Below are positions 51,127-63,797 of a stretch of DNA of 64,000 nucleotides, one piece after another (within the stretch, counting starts at the first letter, position 1; each line of letters starts with the position of its first letter). Origin of the DNA: Camelus dromedarius (lineage: Eukaryota); assembly GCF_036321535.1 (NCBI RefSeq), contig NC_087438.1, forward strand, positions 92,628,001-92,692,000. The letters are read 5' to 3'. The position numbers and the translations under genes are program-made. The notes below the pieces were generated by a model. It saw only the letters and a list, made by a program, of their open reading frames with translations, was not told the origin of the DNA and searched no databases.

Positions 51127-51612
51127 AGTATTCATCCAAGAGAAATGAAAGTTTAGGTCCACGAAAGGACATGTACAAAAATCTTCACAGGAGCTTTATT
51201 TATAATAGTCCCCAAATGCGAACAGATCTAATGTGAATCAGCAGGAATGAGTCAGCAAACTGTGATGTGGCCATACAGCAAAACACAACTCAGCAATATA
51301 AAGGAACAAACTTACTTTCCAAGACACAGAGAAAACTCAAACACGTGACGCTGGGTGAAAGAAGCCAGACGCCAACGGTTCCCTACCCTACAGTTCCACT
51401 TACATGGTGTTCAGGAAGAGCTAAGGTCATCTGTAGTGATCAGAACTGTAACAGTGGTGTGGGGGAAGGCTGACTGGAAAGGAACTGGAGATCACTTTCT
51501 AGGGTGATAGAAATGTTTAAAGTTTTGATTTGAGTGATGGTGTATACATTTGTCCCAAATTATTGACAAAGACCTATACATTCATTGCATGTAAATTATA
51601 CTTCAATTTAAA
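51127..51612 (+). mobile_element. L1ME1/2-class 3' end
   Basis: tattcatccaagagaaatgaaag...gggtgaaagaagccagac...ttctagggtgatagaaatgttt...tcattgcatgtaaattatacttcaattta. Confidence 0.85.
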
Positions 51613-51969
51613 ACAAATCCACGTTCAGGTTTTACTTTTTTTAAGACAACACTTCAGATTAAGTGATCACAAACAGATATTTAAGAAATCTTTTACATTG
51701 TTCCCAAATCCGAAGCAATGCAAGGGCTTATCACCTATACAGGTTGGGTGGAAAGACTCTGGTCTTGATTCTGGGAGGGTGGTGGGGCCCTCAGACAGGG
51801 CGCCTGTGTAAATTCCCTGATGAAATCAGATAATCTCTAGCAGTGCCACCACAGCGCAGGAGCAGGAAGTCAGTGGGAGCCTGGCTGTGACCCGGAGCTG
51901 CTCATGCCGCAGAGCTGCTTCTGAAGCCAGAGAGGGTCACAGAGCAATCCTGTTTGGCCCACCTTTCTG

Positions 51970-52120
51970 GGATTACAGGTGGGTATGTGACTGGGGCAGG
52001 AATACAGGGTCCCCATACTCAGAGGGACCCTGTGACTGGGGATTAATGCTTTGGAGTTGCTGGCTTGAAATTCTTAATAATTATCTTTGAATTTGTGTTT
52101 TATAAGATCTGATGGGACAG
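51970..52120 (+). mobile_element. Arthur1B (MER69B)-like hAT-Tip100 5' fragment
   Basis: cagggtccccatactcagagggaccc...ttaatgctttgg...cttgaaattcttaataattatctttgaatttgtgttttataagatctgatgggaca. Confidence 0.7.
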
Positions 52121-52979
52121 TCACTGGAGGATGTGTCAGGGCTTTGAGCCCTGCTCATGTGCAGTCCTGACTCATGCCACCTCCTCATCCCAAGACGGGG
52201 CTCTGCTGCCTCTTCCTACCCCTGCTGCCCTGGGTGGCCTTCCCCTACTCATCTTGGCTGCACCTTCCACCTTAGGCCAGGAGGGGGTCACTTTGCAGGA
52301 GGGATCTGCGTTTTGTCGTTGACCTCCACCCCTGGCAGGAGTCCGGGTGGGGGCATGAGCAGGGTGTTGGACCCATACTGCCAGGCACTTCAGGGTGGGG
52401 CATGATGGTGCTGCCCTTGCCCCGGGCTGACAGCACCACGGTACATATGGTGGGGCCCCTGGCCCGCCCTCTAGTCAGCTACTGCACAGCCCCCGGAGCA
52501 GGGCATGCAAGCCCTTGGGGGAGGCCCGTCTGTGCTGGGTTGGGGCATGGAACTCAGGGGAGGTGGGCTGGACTTTCTCACCCTCGCTGGGGTCCCACAT
52601 TCTCACTGTGCAGTGAGCCCTGCAAGTTCTATCGTCATTCCTGGACTCCCTGGCTGCTCTCTGCACTTCCCCTCTTGCAGGATGCCAGGCCAGACGGCTG
52701 TGCTTAGAGGAGGCCTAGTTTCTGTTTGCTCAGCTCTCCATCTGCTGTCTCGGTGTATGTTCTCCAAATGGCCACACCCTGACCCTGGGAGACACTGTTA
52801 AGTTGGCTCTGGAAGTAGAGTCTTTCTGACACCTACGCACTCCCTTCAGAAATGAGTCCAAATGCTGCTCTTGGGAGAATCACGAGGAAGCCTAGCTTGT
52901 CATCTTGAATGACAGCTCATAGGACACAGAGCTGGGCAGAAGGGGCAGCAGGCTGGGCTGGGCATTACTGGTGCAGATA

Positions 52980-54003
52980 GTGCCCCTATTGAGCACTACC
53001 GTGTACCAGGCCCTGTTCTACATACTAGAGATAGAGTAGTGACCACAACACACACAATCCCTGCCCTTATGCAGCTTAAAGTCAAGTGGAAGAGACAGAC
53101 AGGAAGTGATCAGTGTCATGAAGAAAAAGAAATCAGTGAAACTGGATGAGGAGGGAAGGGGTGAGAGGTTATTCAGATGAAGTGGTCAGGGAAGGCTTCT
53201 TGGAGGAGGTGGTGGCCTTTCAGTCTATACTGAGGTCCTTGCATGAAGTGAGGGAAAGAACCAGAGAGGATCTGAGGACAGAACAAATGCCAAATCCCTG
53301 CAGGGAATGGAATGGATTTGGTGTCTTCAAGGAAGACCAAGAAGGGTGGCTGGGGTGAAGGGGATGGAAGGAGAGCGAATGAAGATGGAGGTGGGACAGA
53401 GCCGGCAGGGCCTTGTGCGGAGCCTTGACTGCATCCCAAGTGTGATGACAAGCCACTGGGAGGCTTTGAGCAGGACAGTGAATCGATATGATTTACACTT
53501 TTAAAATGGATTCTGGCTGCTGGGGGAGGGGTGACAGACATGGTGGCCAACAGAGACGCAGAGAGACCAGTTAGGAGGCTGCTGGAGATGCCAGAGCAAG
53601 AGATGCCAGTGGCCTGGACTAGCCGGGACAGGGGGAGGAGCGGACGGGTTTCTGTGCTATTTTAGGCACAGCTTGCTGACACAGCAGATGATGCTGTGCG
53701 TGAAGGAGAGGGTCAAGGTTTTTGCCTGAATAACCAGGTAAATGCGGCTTAATATTCACTGAAATGGGGAGTATGGGGGATGATCAGGTTTGGCCATAAA
53801 ATCAAGAGTTTTGTTCCAACTACGCTGAGACTGGGATTTCTAAGTGTCCAAGAGAAGAAAATCAAGGGGCAGTTGGTTCTGTGAGCCTGGAGTTCAGGAA
53901 AGAGGTGTGAACTGGAGACAGAGATTTGGAAGATTTTAAAATCATGAGACTAGATGATATCACCCAGGCAGTGAGTGCACATCAAGAAGAAAAGAGTGTC
54001 AGC
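52980..54003 (-). mobile_element. L2a, about 1 kb 3' portion
   Basis: ctattgagcactaccgtgtaccaggccctgttct...gtggtcagggaaggcttcttggaggagg...gagaccagttaggaggctg...aaaatcaagagttttg...catgagactagatgatatcacccagg. Confidence 0.9.
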
Positions 54004-54842
54004 CTGGAAAATTATTCTTAGACAATTCTCAAGTGTGGAAATTTGTGAAATTTAACAATTCCACCTCTGCATTAGGAAATTTGTGTTTAATTTGAAAACG
54101 ATGCGCTTAATTAGGTTATTCAGCCTACTTTAAAAGAAACTCTTGCCAAACCTATCTTATTTTTCCTTTACGTGTACAGGATGTTAACAGCTCAGAAATA
54201 ACACACTCGGGCCTCAGGACTGAGGTTACTGTTCTAATGAATGAGGCTCCTGGTCTGGTGCTCTGAGAGCCTGAGGCCAAATGAACAGAGAACAGACCAG
54301 AGCTGTGTGGCCTTCCAGCAGCCAAGCCCCAGTTGTGAAGTTTCTGTCCACAGTTTCTGTATCAGGACCGTAAAGGAGAAAGAAGAGGTCCCCTGGCATT
54401 TCTGGCACAACAGTTTGGAGCTGGCACGTGGGCGGTGTCCTCGGACCGCACAAAGTAACTTGTTTCCTGGCCGGTGCCTCCGCCTCCTGTCTGACCCCTC
54501 AGCACTGCTCACCTCGATGGAGGCGGCAGCCCGAACCTGTGTTCATTTACATCAACGGAAACTTCAGTCCTCATCCCATTCACATGGCACCTCTGGCTGT
54601 TCCATACGCATTTTAGGAGCTGAAGTGAGCACGTCTTCCTCCCTGGGGAGGCTCCCACCTTGCTGCTCATGTACCCTGTGCCCCCGCCGAGGGACTGCCC
54701 ATGCTGCTCCCCGCAGAGGAGATGCTCCGCATATCTGTTTCTGAACCTCACAGGAGGTGTGCTGCCTGATTCCAGGGCAACATGAGGAATGAAGCCTCTG
54801 CCCCATGTAAATAGGAGCTTCCAGACAGCTGTGTGCTGGGAA

Positions 54843-55042
54843 GAGGTGGTGATGGTGCGGAGAGGGAGAGGTGCAGGGAGACTTTGACTGGGGACTGGAA
54901 CGGGGACAAGGCGTGGGGTGGAGGCAGTGACAGAGGTGAGGGGGAGGGTGGTGGCAGGATTGAGCAGTGGTGGGATGACGGTGGAGATGAAGTGGTGGCC
55001 CACGGCATGAGGAAGGGGATGGTGGTGGTGATGACAAGGTGG
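54843..55042 (+). repeat. G-rich, degenerate (GGT/GGA)n low-complexity tract
   Basis: gaggtggtgatggtg...gggtggtggcagg...gatggtggtggtgatgac. Confidence 0.7.
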
Positions 55043-56984
55043 TTAGAAACAGACTGTTTTCTTCCGCTCTAAGAATGAGTCTCCCAAATGACTCATGAAG
55101 GAGACCATGGGGCCTGCACAGTCAGGAAGAAGACAGATAGGAATGAGTATAAGCCTTTCCACAAAACAACACTCAGTAGGCCCATAAAGGCTGGGCACCC
55201 ACAGGTCAGGACGAGAACCCATCTGTGCACATGGTCCACGTGCTGAAGCCGAGGGTGGAGGTGGGGGCAGTGCTGTGGGTCCAGTGGTGAATCAACTCAC
55301 CCTCAGACGTCACCACTTGCTCCGGGGCAGAGGGCATGCACAGATGAGTGGGGCCGTGCCTGCCTCTGTGAACCAGGATTGGCTGCCCGTAAGAAAGGGC
55401 ACCCAGTGCGACAACACCAGGGGCGCCTGTGCCCCTGGTTTCAGGGACCACCGGGACGTGGGGCAGGCAGCTTCTCTGGGGCAGATGGTGCCTCTGAGCT
55501 TTCTAGTAGTCCAAAAAGTCCCTGCAGAGGAATTTCACTCACCAGTTACTAGCAGAGACCTGTGGGCAGTGCAGGAGGCCATGTTGGGAAATCTTATGAA
55601 ATAATCATGTCAGTCTGAGGAAAGCACTCTCCTGAGACCAGCTGACAATGCAGGGAATTCATAGGAAATTTGAGGAATATACAACCTGATGGAAATGAAA
55701 TGTTTTAGAGATGGGGAATAAAAGAGATTTTTATTCAACGCATCAGAGACAAGGAGATGGCATATTTTGAAGAGCTCTGAGTTTGAAATCACTCAGTTTT
55801 GATATTTCAAATGTCCAGGGGCACCTACGTCCCTTCCACCTCCCCTTGGTTTGCTGGTCCATGCCACCCCTCTGCTGGTGATGCTGCAGTACTGATGGGT
55901 TAAATGACGGTGTCCTCTGAAGGGCAACATTGCCCATCCCAGGCCAGAGGAAGGCTGGTCTGGACAGGAAAGCTGGCAGTGACCCAACCATGTGGTCACA
56001 TAGGCAATTTTAGCTGAGTTCACTATGGACCGTTCCCATAACTGGGCTCACTTCTAAATACCCGAGAAGGGAAAGAATGCTGGCTCTGGGGCTGAACGAT
56101 CTTGAGCTCCACATCTGGAAAATGAGAGAACAAATCTTCCCAAGGCTGGCAGAGAAGAATACAGCAATGAGCATAAAACACTTGGCACACCCCCTAGTCC
56201 ACAGCAGCCTCCAGAAAAATGCTAGCTCTTTCCTCATCTACTGATGAAATGATCATTCCATTAAAAGGGAATCTATAAAAATAAATCAAAAGATCCTTTA
56301 CATGGCAAAATTTCTCACCTATATCAGATTTTGCCCAAATTTTACACTGTGGATTAACCTATTTGAGTGAACATAAAAGAGCCATGGGCTCACATTTATC
56401 GAGATTTTACTATGTTCCAGACATTAGAAGTGTTTAATGTAGATTTTCTTCATGGGTGATTGTGTTAAGAAGTTTTAAAAACCCTTTGCTACACAGGTTT
56501 TAGTTTGTGTATCTTTTTAATATCAAAATTTCATTAAAGTGACAAAAAAGAATGAGATTTAGCTAAAGCCCAAGATTTGTCCCAGAAGCTGTCCTCAAGC
56601 TACACTGATGGCCTGTCCTGACAGGTACTGCCCTTCAGCAGGACCCAGAGCAGGGCATCCTAACCGGCATACACAAGACGAGGCCCTTCCTGGGCGGCGA
56701 AGCTGTTAAACTGCCAGGCCTGAGGTTTAACAACTGTCCACAGCAGGGGTTGTGCTGAGATATTAAGAAAGAGACATAAGGGAAAACTATTTTGAATGTG
56801 AGTTCAGATTGTTCAGCAGAAAACTTGGCAAAGTAATTAGCAGACTCCTGTGAGGGAAGATTTAAGGCTCAACTGACCTCCTAAGATTCTCATGACATCT
56901 GAATCTCCACTGCTGCAGATTCATTTCTTGGGATAGCCCTTCTGGGTTCCTCTCTGAAAGTACAGATTTAAACTTTAAGTTAAA

Positions 56985-57115
56985 GCATGCATGCATGCAT
57001 GAATGCATGCATTCATTCATTATTGAGTAATTTGTGCTCCTATATGGGTTAGGCACTAGGTCCTGGGAAGATATTAGAGAACAAGACAGAAATGGACTCT
57101 GCCCTGAGGTTTATG
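56985..57115 (-). mobile_element. L2 3' end whose tail has drifted to (ATGC)n
   Basis: gcatgcatgcatgcatgaatgcatgcattcattcattattgagtaatttgtgctcctatatggg...ggcactagg...aacaagacaga. Confidence 0.7.
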
Positions 57116-57119
57116 GCTT

Positions 57120-57272
57120 ATGACCACCATGTATGGCTGTGCAGTTTGTGCACTGCGCAATATGTTTGGTGGGGGATTAAGCCCAGTTCATAGCCTATGT
57201 TTCCTGGCATGGGGTTGAATTTGTCTGGATGAAGGGACACTATTTTCTTTGCACAAAGATGCCATCTATCTG
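57120..57272 (+). mobile_element. MER91A-like hAT-Tip100 MITE
   Basis: ccatgtatggctgtgcagtttgtgcactgcgcaa...ctggcatggggttg...gaagggacactattttctttgcacaaagatgccat. Confidence 0.75.
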
Positions 57273-58599
57273 CCAAGCCAAAACCCCATAGGGCTCTGTT
57301 TGCCCAATTGGGGCGCTTTTATTCTGATATATACAATGGCTCTGGAGCTGGCACTGGTCCTGGGGAATTGGTCCTGAATGCACAGTCACAGGGCCATGAC
57401 TGTCTCACTGATGTCTCCACACCTGTTGGTGTGGGCAGGCCTTAAAGGGAGGACAGAGACATGGAAAGGAGAGTCTGTGTTGGAATCTGGGGTGAGAGGA
57501 AGGGAAGCAGGAATGACTCGGGCAGGCTCCAGTCCCCCTGCCCAGGGTTGAGGACCCCACTGGACAAGACTTCCCTCTCTCTGGTCTTGGCCCCCTCTTC
57601 TTCTGTTTAGGGCCAGGTGGAACCGGACTGTTTTTGACCTCCCCTATAGCTCTCATCTTCCCTGATTCATTCACCATCCCTGAGAGTCAGCCTGTGATCT
57701 CAAAAGAAACCATCTCTCCCAGGTAGGAATTCTTAAAACACAGAATGTGCTATTGGAACAGCGAGCATGGTCCTTTATGCCTGACCACAGGAGGGTCTTC
57801 CCCACGAAGGGAAGGAGCACAGAGTAGCTGGGAGCCTGAGGATGTGAGGAGGAGACCTGCCTCCTGCCCCTCCCTGGGGCTGTGCTGACTGACAGGACCA
57901 GTGGACTTGGGTGTCCTGTATAATGAGTTGCTGTCACTCCACTGGGGCTCTGGGCAGACAGGCCACAAGGCCCTGCCAGCTCAGTCACTCTCTAATTGGA
58001 GAATGTCCCGAAGGTGGTCTCCTGCCAGAGGTCATTAGAGGAGAGACCGACAATTCTGATTACTCATAATGCAGCTCCCATGGCCAATGAGCAGCACAGG
58101 AGACTGGGGGAAGATCTATCGGCTCTGTGCCTCCTGGCAGGGTGGGACAGTGGGGCCGTGAAGGGAAGGAAGTGGTGGCAGAGAAGGGGCTGGAGGAGGA
58201 GTAATCTGTGGGCATCTGTCCTGTTGTTCCTCAACCTGCAGTGGGCAACATGCCAATCCCTGCTTCAATGACACATGGAGAGAAACTCTAAGTCCCTTCT
58301 TCAGCTTAGCAAACACCACTGCCCTCACAAGGCAGGAACCCTACCCTGGCTAAAATATCCCCTCCTTCCAAAAGTCAGCACAGGCTTTGGAAGGAGTAAG
58401 CCAAGGTTTCAAGTCCTAAAACCACGTCTCAGTCTCAGCTTGTCTTGTCACATTCTCAGCATTTGACCTCTGAGCTCAAAGGCTCAGGGGAAGTTTGGTT
58501 GCACAGAATCAGAAAATGCCCCAATGTCCCTTCATTTAGGCTAGCTCACACCTCCTCCAGAAGATTCTGGCAGTGTCACCAGAAGAGTCAGCCAGCCCT

Positions 58600-58772
58600 G
58601 GTTTACAACTTTGTTTCTGCTTTTATCAGCTGTGTGGCCTTCGACCAGTCCAATAACCTCTCTGGGCCTCAAGTTTCTACAGATATAGAGCAGAGATAAT
58701 AACTGGTACCTTGCCTAAGGATGAGAGATGGCTCATGCACAGCTCCCAGCACAGTGTGGGGCCACTAAAAGG
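58600..58772 (+). mobile_element. MIR SINE
   Basis: tcagctgtgtggccttcgaccagtccaataacctctctgggcctcaagtttct...ataataactggtacct...agcacagtgtggg. Confidence 0.75.
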
Positions 58773-59069
58773 TTCTTAGAACTTGGAAGGGCTCCTTGTT
58801 CTATCAGTTTGTACAGCCAAACACTGTTCTCAAGGAATGAACCCAGAAGCCTGAGAGAACAGGGCTCTTTCTGGCAGAAGAGCTGTCACTGTCCATCTCA
58901 GGGCTTGCCTTTCCCCATTCGCAGGGCTGCTGCCTTCTCTAGGGTCTCCAAGCCCTGAGAGACACTGGACTCCGCTTTGTAGGGGCGGTGGCAGGGGGAG
59001 GGCTATACAAGAGTGCTCCTCACCTGTGCTTCCTGCCAGGAGTGCACATAACTGGGGGCGGAGAAGGGG

Positions 59070-59221
59070 TGAGTGTTCAGCGTAAAAATGCAGATTCCTA
59101 GACCCCATGCCCAGAGATTCTGATTCAGTAGTTCCGGGACAGGGCTTGAGAATGTGCTTTTAAATGAGCACCCTGGCTGAAGTTAGGCTCCAAAGCTGTG
59201 GACCACATGCTGAGAAGCCCT
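59070..59221 (+). mobile_element. MER5A hAT-Charlie MITE
   Basis: aaaatgcagattcctagaccccatgcccagagattctgattcagtag...gagaatgtgcttttaa...ggaccacatgctgagaagccctg. Confidence 0.85.
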
Positions 59222-60789
59222 GCAAGGCTCCAGCTCCTATACCTGGGACACACGGGGTGCTGAATTCCGGAAGATCCTGGCCTCCCCCCCAACCAGGGAG
59301 GCAGGCCTGCTTGTGCTGAGGGTAACATCTGTTCAGAGTTTTCACCTGGCCATGTGGCACCAGAACGTGGGCATCTAGGTCTCCCAGGGCAGGTGTGGAG
59401 GACATCTGCTGTCCACAATGGATCCTTCTGTAAAGCTGGGGGTGCTTTCTTAGAGGGTGAGAGAGACAGCTGGGGGTGTGGTTATTTCAAGGACTCATCG
59501 GAAGCCCCTAATGGGAGAAGAATCACCTCTAAAACCAGATGTCAACTTCTATTAGTTGGGAGGTTGCAAGTAATGTGTGAATAACAATGGCTGAGGTGTG
59601 CCAAACTGGGAATGAGTTACTTTTAAGATAATGAATTCTGAGTGGATTTAAATTTATCCTGATAAAAATCTCATTCTCACACACTTGCATTCTGAAAAAC
59701 TGTGGTATATATGAAAAGGGTTGCAGCTAACGTGTGTGAACCGGGCCGGACTTCTGGTCTACCATACCTGGGTATGCTACACTGATGATGTAACCTGTTG
59801 CACATGTCATGACAGAATAAGGACTTGCTGCACCACCTGGGTGGTGATCTGTGGCTCTCTGACTTGTCCCAGGGCCCCTGACCTGGTGTCTTGCTGACCT
59901 CTCCCTGCTGTCACCTCTGACTGGAGCCTTGGGGGCCTCTGAAAAGGCCTGTGGGGAGTGCCCTGTCCAAAGTGAACAAAACAGGAAAGACAGAGGGTTG
60001 AGATGGAGGGCTGAGGTAGGCCCATTACAAGTTCCAACAGTCCACTGTGAAGACAAGACATTCTGCACGTGAGAGACTCATGAACGGGGGATGCTGTGCT
60101 GGTGCTTGGCTCGGCAGCAGCCGCAGCGCCCTGTGCAAACAGGAAGTGACTGTCCAGGTGTCGGTGTGCCACGGGCATCTTCACTCTGCAGACCAGCCCA
60201 CCCACGACTGCAAACATACAAGTGGGCCCTCGAGCTCGGGATGCCCCTTTCTCCTTGACCATTAGCCTTAACGCAACTCTAAAATGGTTTCTTTTTTTTC
60301 CCCCTGGGGACTTTTCCTAAGCCCCAGCCCAGGACCAGCACACAGTTTGCCATCCCCAGCCACCAGCTTGCTTCACTGTGAAGGGAGTAAATGTGATATG
60401 TGAGCAGCACCAGCTCTGTTACCTCGTTAGACGCAAACATCATTATTCTAAGTTGTATCCTTAAGTCCTGGCTGCATTTTTTGGAAGTGAATGAGTGCCT
60501 CCCTGTCCACAGGCAGGGATTTCAGTTCTCTTTCCTGCCTTAGAGGTGGGCTCCTACGAACACCACAAAGGGCTGGGGGAGGAGGAATCAAACACTAAAG
60601 ATCCCATAAAAGTAGCCTTGTGACCATCTCATCTCTGGAGTGGGCTAACCTGGGTCCTGGGCATGGTTAAACTCGTCTGCCCCTTGGTGGCTCATGTCAG
60701 TGGAGCTGTGTTCTCAGGAAGCCCATCACCACAGAGTCACTAACACTCAGGAGCTGCCCCTTAACCCTCAATTCAGATGGTGGCGAGGA

Positions 60790-60945
60790 TGACGACGGTG
60801 ATGGCACTGTGTGGGCTGAACTCTTAGTGTGCACCAGGCTCCGTGCCAGCTGCCCTGCGGGCAGGACCTCATTCATCTTCATCACAGTTTCCTGAGGGAG
60901 GTTCTAGTATCCCTGGGTTTCAGGCGAGAAGAGAGGCAGAGGGAG
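60790..60945 (-). mobile_element. Degraded MIR
   Basis: gtgcaccaggctccgtgccagctgccc...cctcattcatcttcatcacagtttcctgagggagg...gagaagagaggcagag. Confidence 0.6.
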
Positions 60946-62167
60946 GATTCTATGCCTGGATTGCCTGGGACCAGATCTTGCACTCATACCACCACCACCC
61001 AAGGAAATAGAAAGAAACAGGGCAGCTGTGACAGCAATCATGCTGACAGAAGATGTCCAGGATGGGAAATAGGTCCAAGCTCATTCTCCCTTCAGAACCT
61101 GCCTGGCTCAAAATTAAGTCTGTCGTCTGTGGATCTCAAGGCTCTTGAGCTTAAACACATTTGAGGCCACTGGGGTTCACTGTGTTACGGGTGTCTGTAC
61201 TTCCCAGTTGCCCACAGGAAGGAGGACGGAGCAGGGTAAGCTGAGGTCCCATTCCCACGAGGCATCAACTCTCAGCCTGAGGCTGTGGTCCCTCAGCGAC
61301 CTCCCAGAATCCACAGGCACACACCACACCAGGGTGTAACTCAATTAGAGGATCAAGTCCCTTCCCTCCTATTTCAGGTTAACTGGGTCTGTACCATAGT
61401 TCACACATTCTTTTTTTCAGATCTCTGATTATTGATTAATGGCAGGTCATTGGTCACAGACACACACTGCATACCATCAGCATTTGAGATGTAAGCCGTA
61501 AATAAATGCTCATAATTAGTATTTGAGGAAGATTGGGTTGCCACAAGATACACAGAGCACTTAGAAAATGTGAGATGCAGTTCTTCCTTGTCCAGGCAAT
61601 TTCCAAACTCTAGATATAAAGCTGCCTGTGCATGGAACAAAAGTTGGAAGTGAGTTTTTCACACTAGGGGCAAACTTTACAAGAGAAGAAATAATTGGAG
61701 AAAAACTGATTTAGTTAATTGTCTTTGTTTCACCTGCTGTTTCTAGGTACATAGAGCCAGACATTCTTCTTCCGACCTAGTCTTGCTCCAGCCACAGTGG
61801 CCCTGCGGGGGGAGTCTTGCAGCTTCTGCAAACACTTCGCCATCTCCCAGGGGTTGGGCTTAATGGGAAAGTAGCATTTGCAAAGGTTTCAGGGAGTGGC
61901 TGTGGGACATTGATGTTTGTTGCTATGGAAATGAATATAAAGTCTCCAGTTCATCACTGCCATCTCAGTAGGACCTGGGAGAGGAACGGACAAGTCAGAG
62001 CCCTCATACGTTTGGTTGCAGATGCATTCGTGAACTCACAAAGAAGTGGAATAATAACTGTTCAGGCATGCCTTTGCTCCCTGTGTGTGTCATTTTAGCC
62101 AAACTCGTATCAAAATCTTACTCTACAAAAGAGTACAATATGGCTTTCTAAAATAATAAGCTAGCCT

Positions 62168-62205
62168 GCTTGCTTGCTTGCTTGCTTGCTTGCTTCCTTC
62201 CTTCC
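62168..62205 (+). repeat. (GCTT)7(CCTT)2 microsatellite
   Basis: Directly visible. Confidence 0.95.
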
Positions 62206-62757
62206 ACAAATTCCCTTTGTGCAATTCAGTATGAGTCCACTGGGTAGAATTAGAGGTAATACAATCATTTGAGGTTTTCACTGCTGGTGGAAGGACACAC
62301 ACATAATTGGATGTAGAGATACCTGGCTGACCTTGCTTAACTGTGACTTGGCAAAACCACAGAGGGTGGTCAGCAAAGTCCTCAGAAGGCTTGTCCCAAA
62401 GGCATGGACGAGGCCTAGAGGAAAAGGGCACCTGATAAAGACACGAGTCCCCAGCATAGATCAAAGCCCTGCCATTCCTGAAAACTGGTGGTGAACCATA
62501 AAATTTCTAGTGAAACTTCCCGGTAGACAGTAGTTAGGTGCAATCAGAATGAACGGGTGATGGGAAGAAAATAGGGTAATGGAGAGAGGGCGGGTTACAC
62601 ATTCTGAAGGAGAAAGTCCCAAGTCAGGGAAGGCAAAAATGGGGCACTCATGCCCCCACTCCAAAGGCAGAGGGGAATCACCCCACCCTTGCCCACTGAA
62701 CCCAGGCGTGGCCTTCTCCTTTCTCTTACTTACTACCGAGAGATGAGAGTTACTACC

Positions 62758-63247
62758 TGTGGGAGATTATAGAGGGCAACACATTATCCAATGCCTCTGA
62801 GAGGCAGGGTCTCACTGCCCTCCCCTCAAGTCTGGGCTGTCCTTAGTGACTTGCTTGACCATAGAGTGTGACGGACATGACTGGGACTCCTGAGGCAGAG
62901 AAGCCTTGCAGCTTCTACAAGGGTGTCTTGGAACACTCACTCTGGAGCCCGGGCCACCCTATAAGAAGTCTGACGATCTGCAGGATGGATTTGGGAGGAG
63001 AAGAGGGGTCCAGTTGACCCTGCCAAGGTACCAGACATGTGAGTGACACAGGCCAGGCCCCTCAATTCTAGCCCAGCTGGCAGCTGAATTCACTGAGCAC
63101 CCCACCAATGCCATCTGCAGTAGCAGAACACCCAGCTGAGCCCTGACCACGTTCCTTACATGACTGTGAGACGTAATACACAGGTTGTTTTTTAAAGCTG
63201 CTAAGTTTTGTGGTCATTTGTTTCACCACTATGAGTAACATGAAAAC
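62758..63247 (+). mobile_element. MLT1G/H-class MaLR solo LTR
   Basis: tgtgggagattatagagggcaacac...ccctcaagtctggg...cttggaacactcactctggagccc...ccaaggtaccagacatgtgagtga...cccagctgagccctg...aagctgctaagttttgtggtcatttgtt. Confidence 0.85.
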
Positions 63248-63331
63248 CACACAAGTGCTCACAGGTCTCCCTGGGTACAGATAAAAATTGTGTTCAGGGT
63301 CCAGTAAGAACTTTGAAGGCCTTTCCAGTAA

Positions 63332-63797
63332 CATAATAGTAACACTAGTACTTATTAAGTGCTTACTCTGTGCAAGACACTTGGAGACATTTTATATGGA
63401 ATAACTTATTTATATGTAAAATCTCCCCAGGTATCTGAAGACAGATACCAAACTCCCATGAATGGAGCCAAGTAATATTGGATTTATCTCACTGACAATT
63501 AACTCCACCAAACAGAATACCCAACAGAGGATTTGACAGAGATCCAATCATCTCTTTTCTCTCATTGGTGCCTCATCATAGCCCATATGAACTGGGCAAG
63601 ACGGGTCCATTTTATACACACAAGCACATACACACACACACACACACATACACATATACACATATATTTTAACATATGAGGAAACTGAGGCTCAGAGAGG
63701 TTGTGATTTGTCCAAGTTCATACTGGTTAGAGAAGAAAATGGAATTTGAACCCAGATATGATAATTCCCTAACCAGTGCTTTTCCATAACACATGGC
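63332..63797 (-). mobile_element. MIR split by an insertion of about 150 bp and a (CA)n tract
   Basis: acttattaagtgcttactctgtgcaagacac...taacttattt | insert | cctcatcatagcccatatga...ccattttata | (CA)n | atgaggaaactgaggctcagagagg...tttgtccaag...ggaatttgaacccag. Confidence 0.75.
63615..63667 (+). repeat. Imperfect (CA)n/(TA)n microsatellite
   Basis: Directly visible. Confidence 0.9.

Noticed and set aside
52431-52450. REST/RE1-like CAGCACCACGG
   Set aside because: Only the left half-site matches; the right half GACAG is disrupted (GTACAT).
54509-55072. Pro/His/Ser-rich ORFs of 157-164 aa
   Set aside because: Translation artefacts of the G-rich low-complexity tract.
60102-60119. Resemblance to the U6 snRNA 5' end (GTGCTTGGCTCGGCAGCA)
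   Set aside because: Partial 14/18 match with no continuation into U6 sequence; chance.
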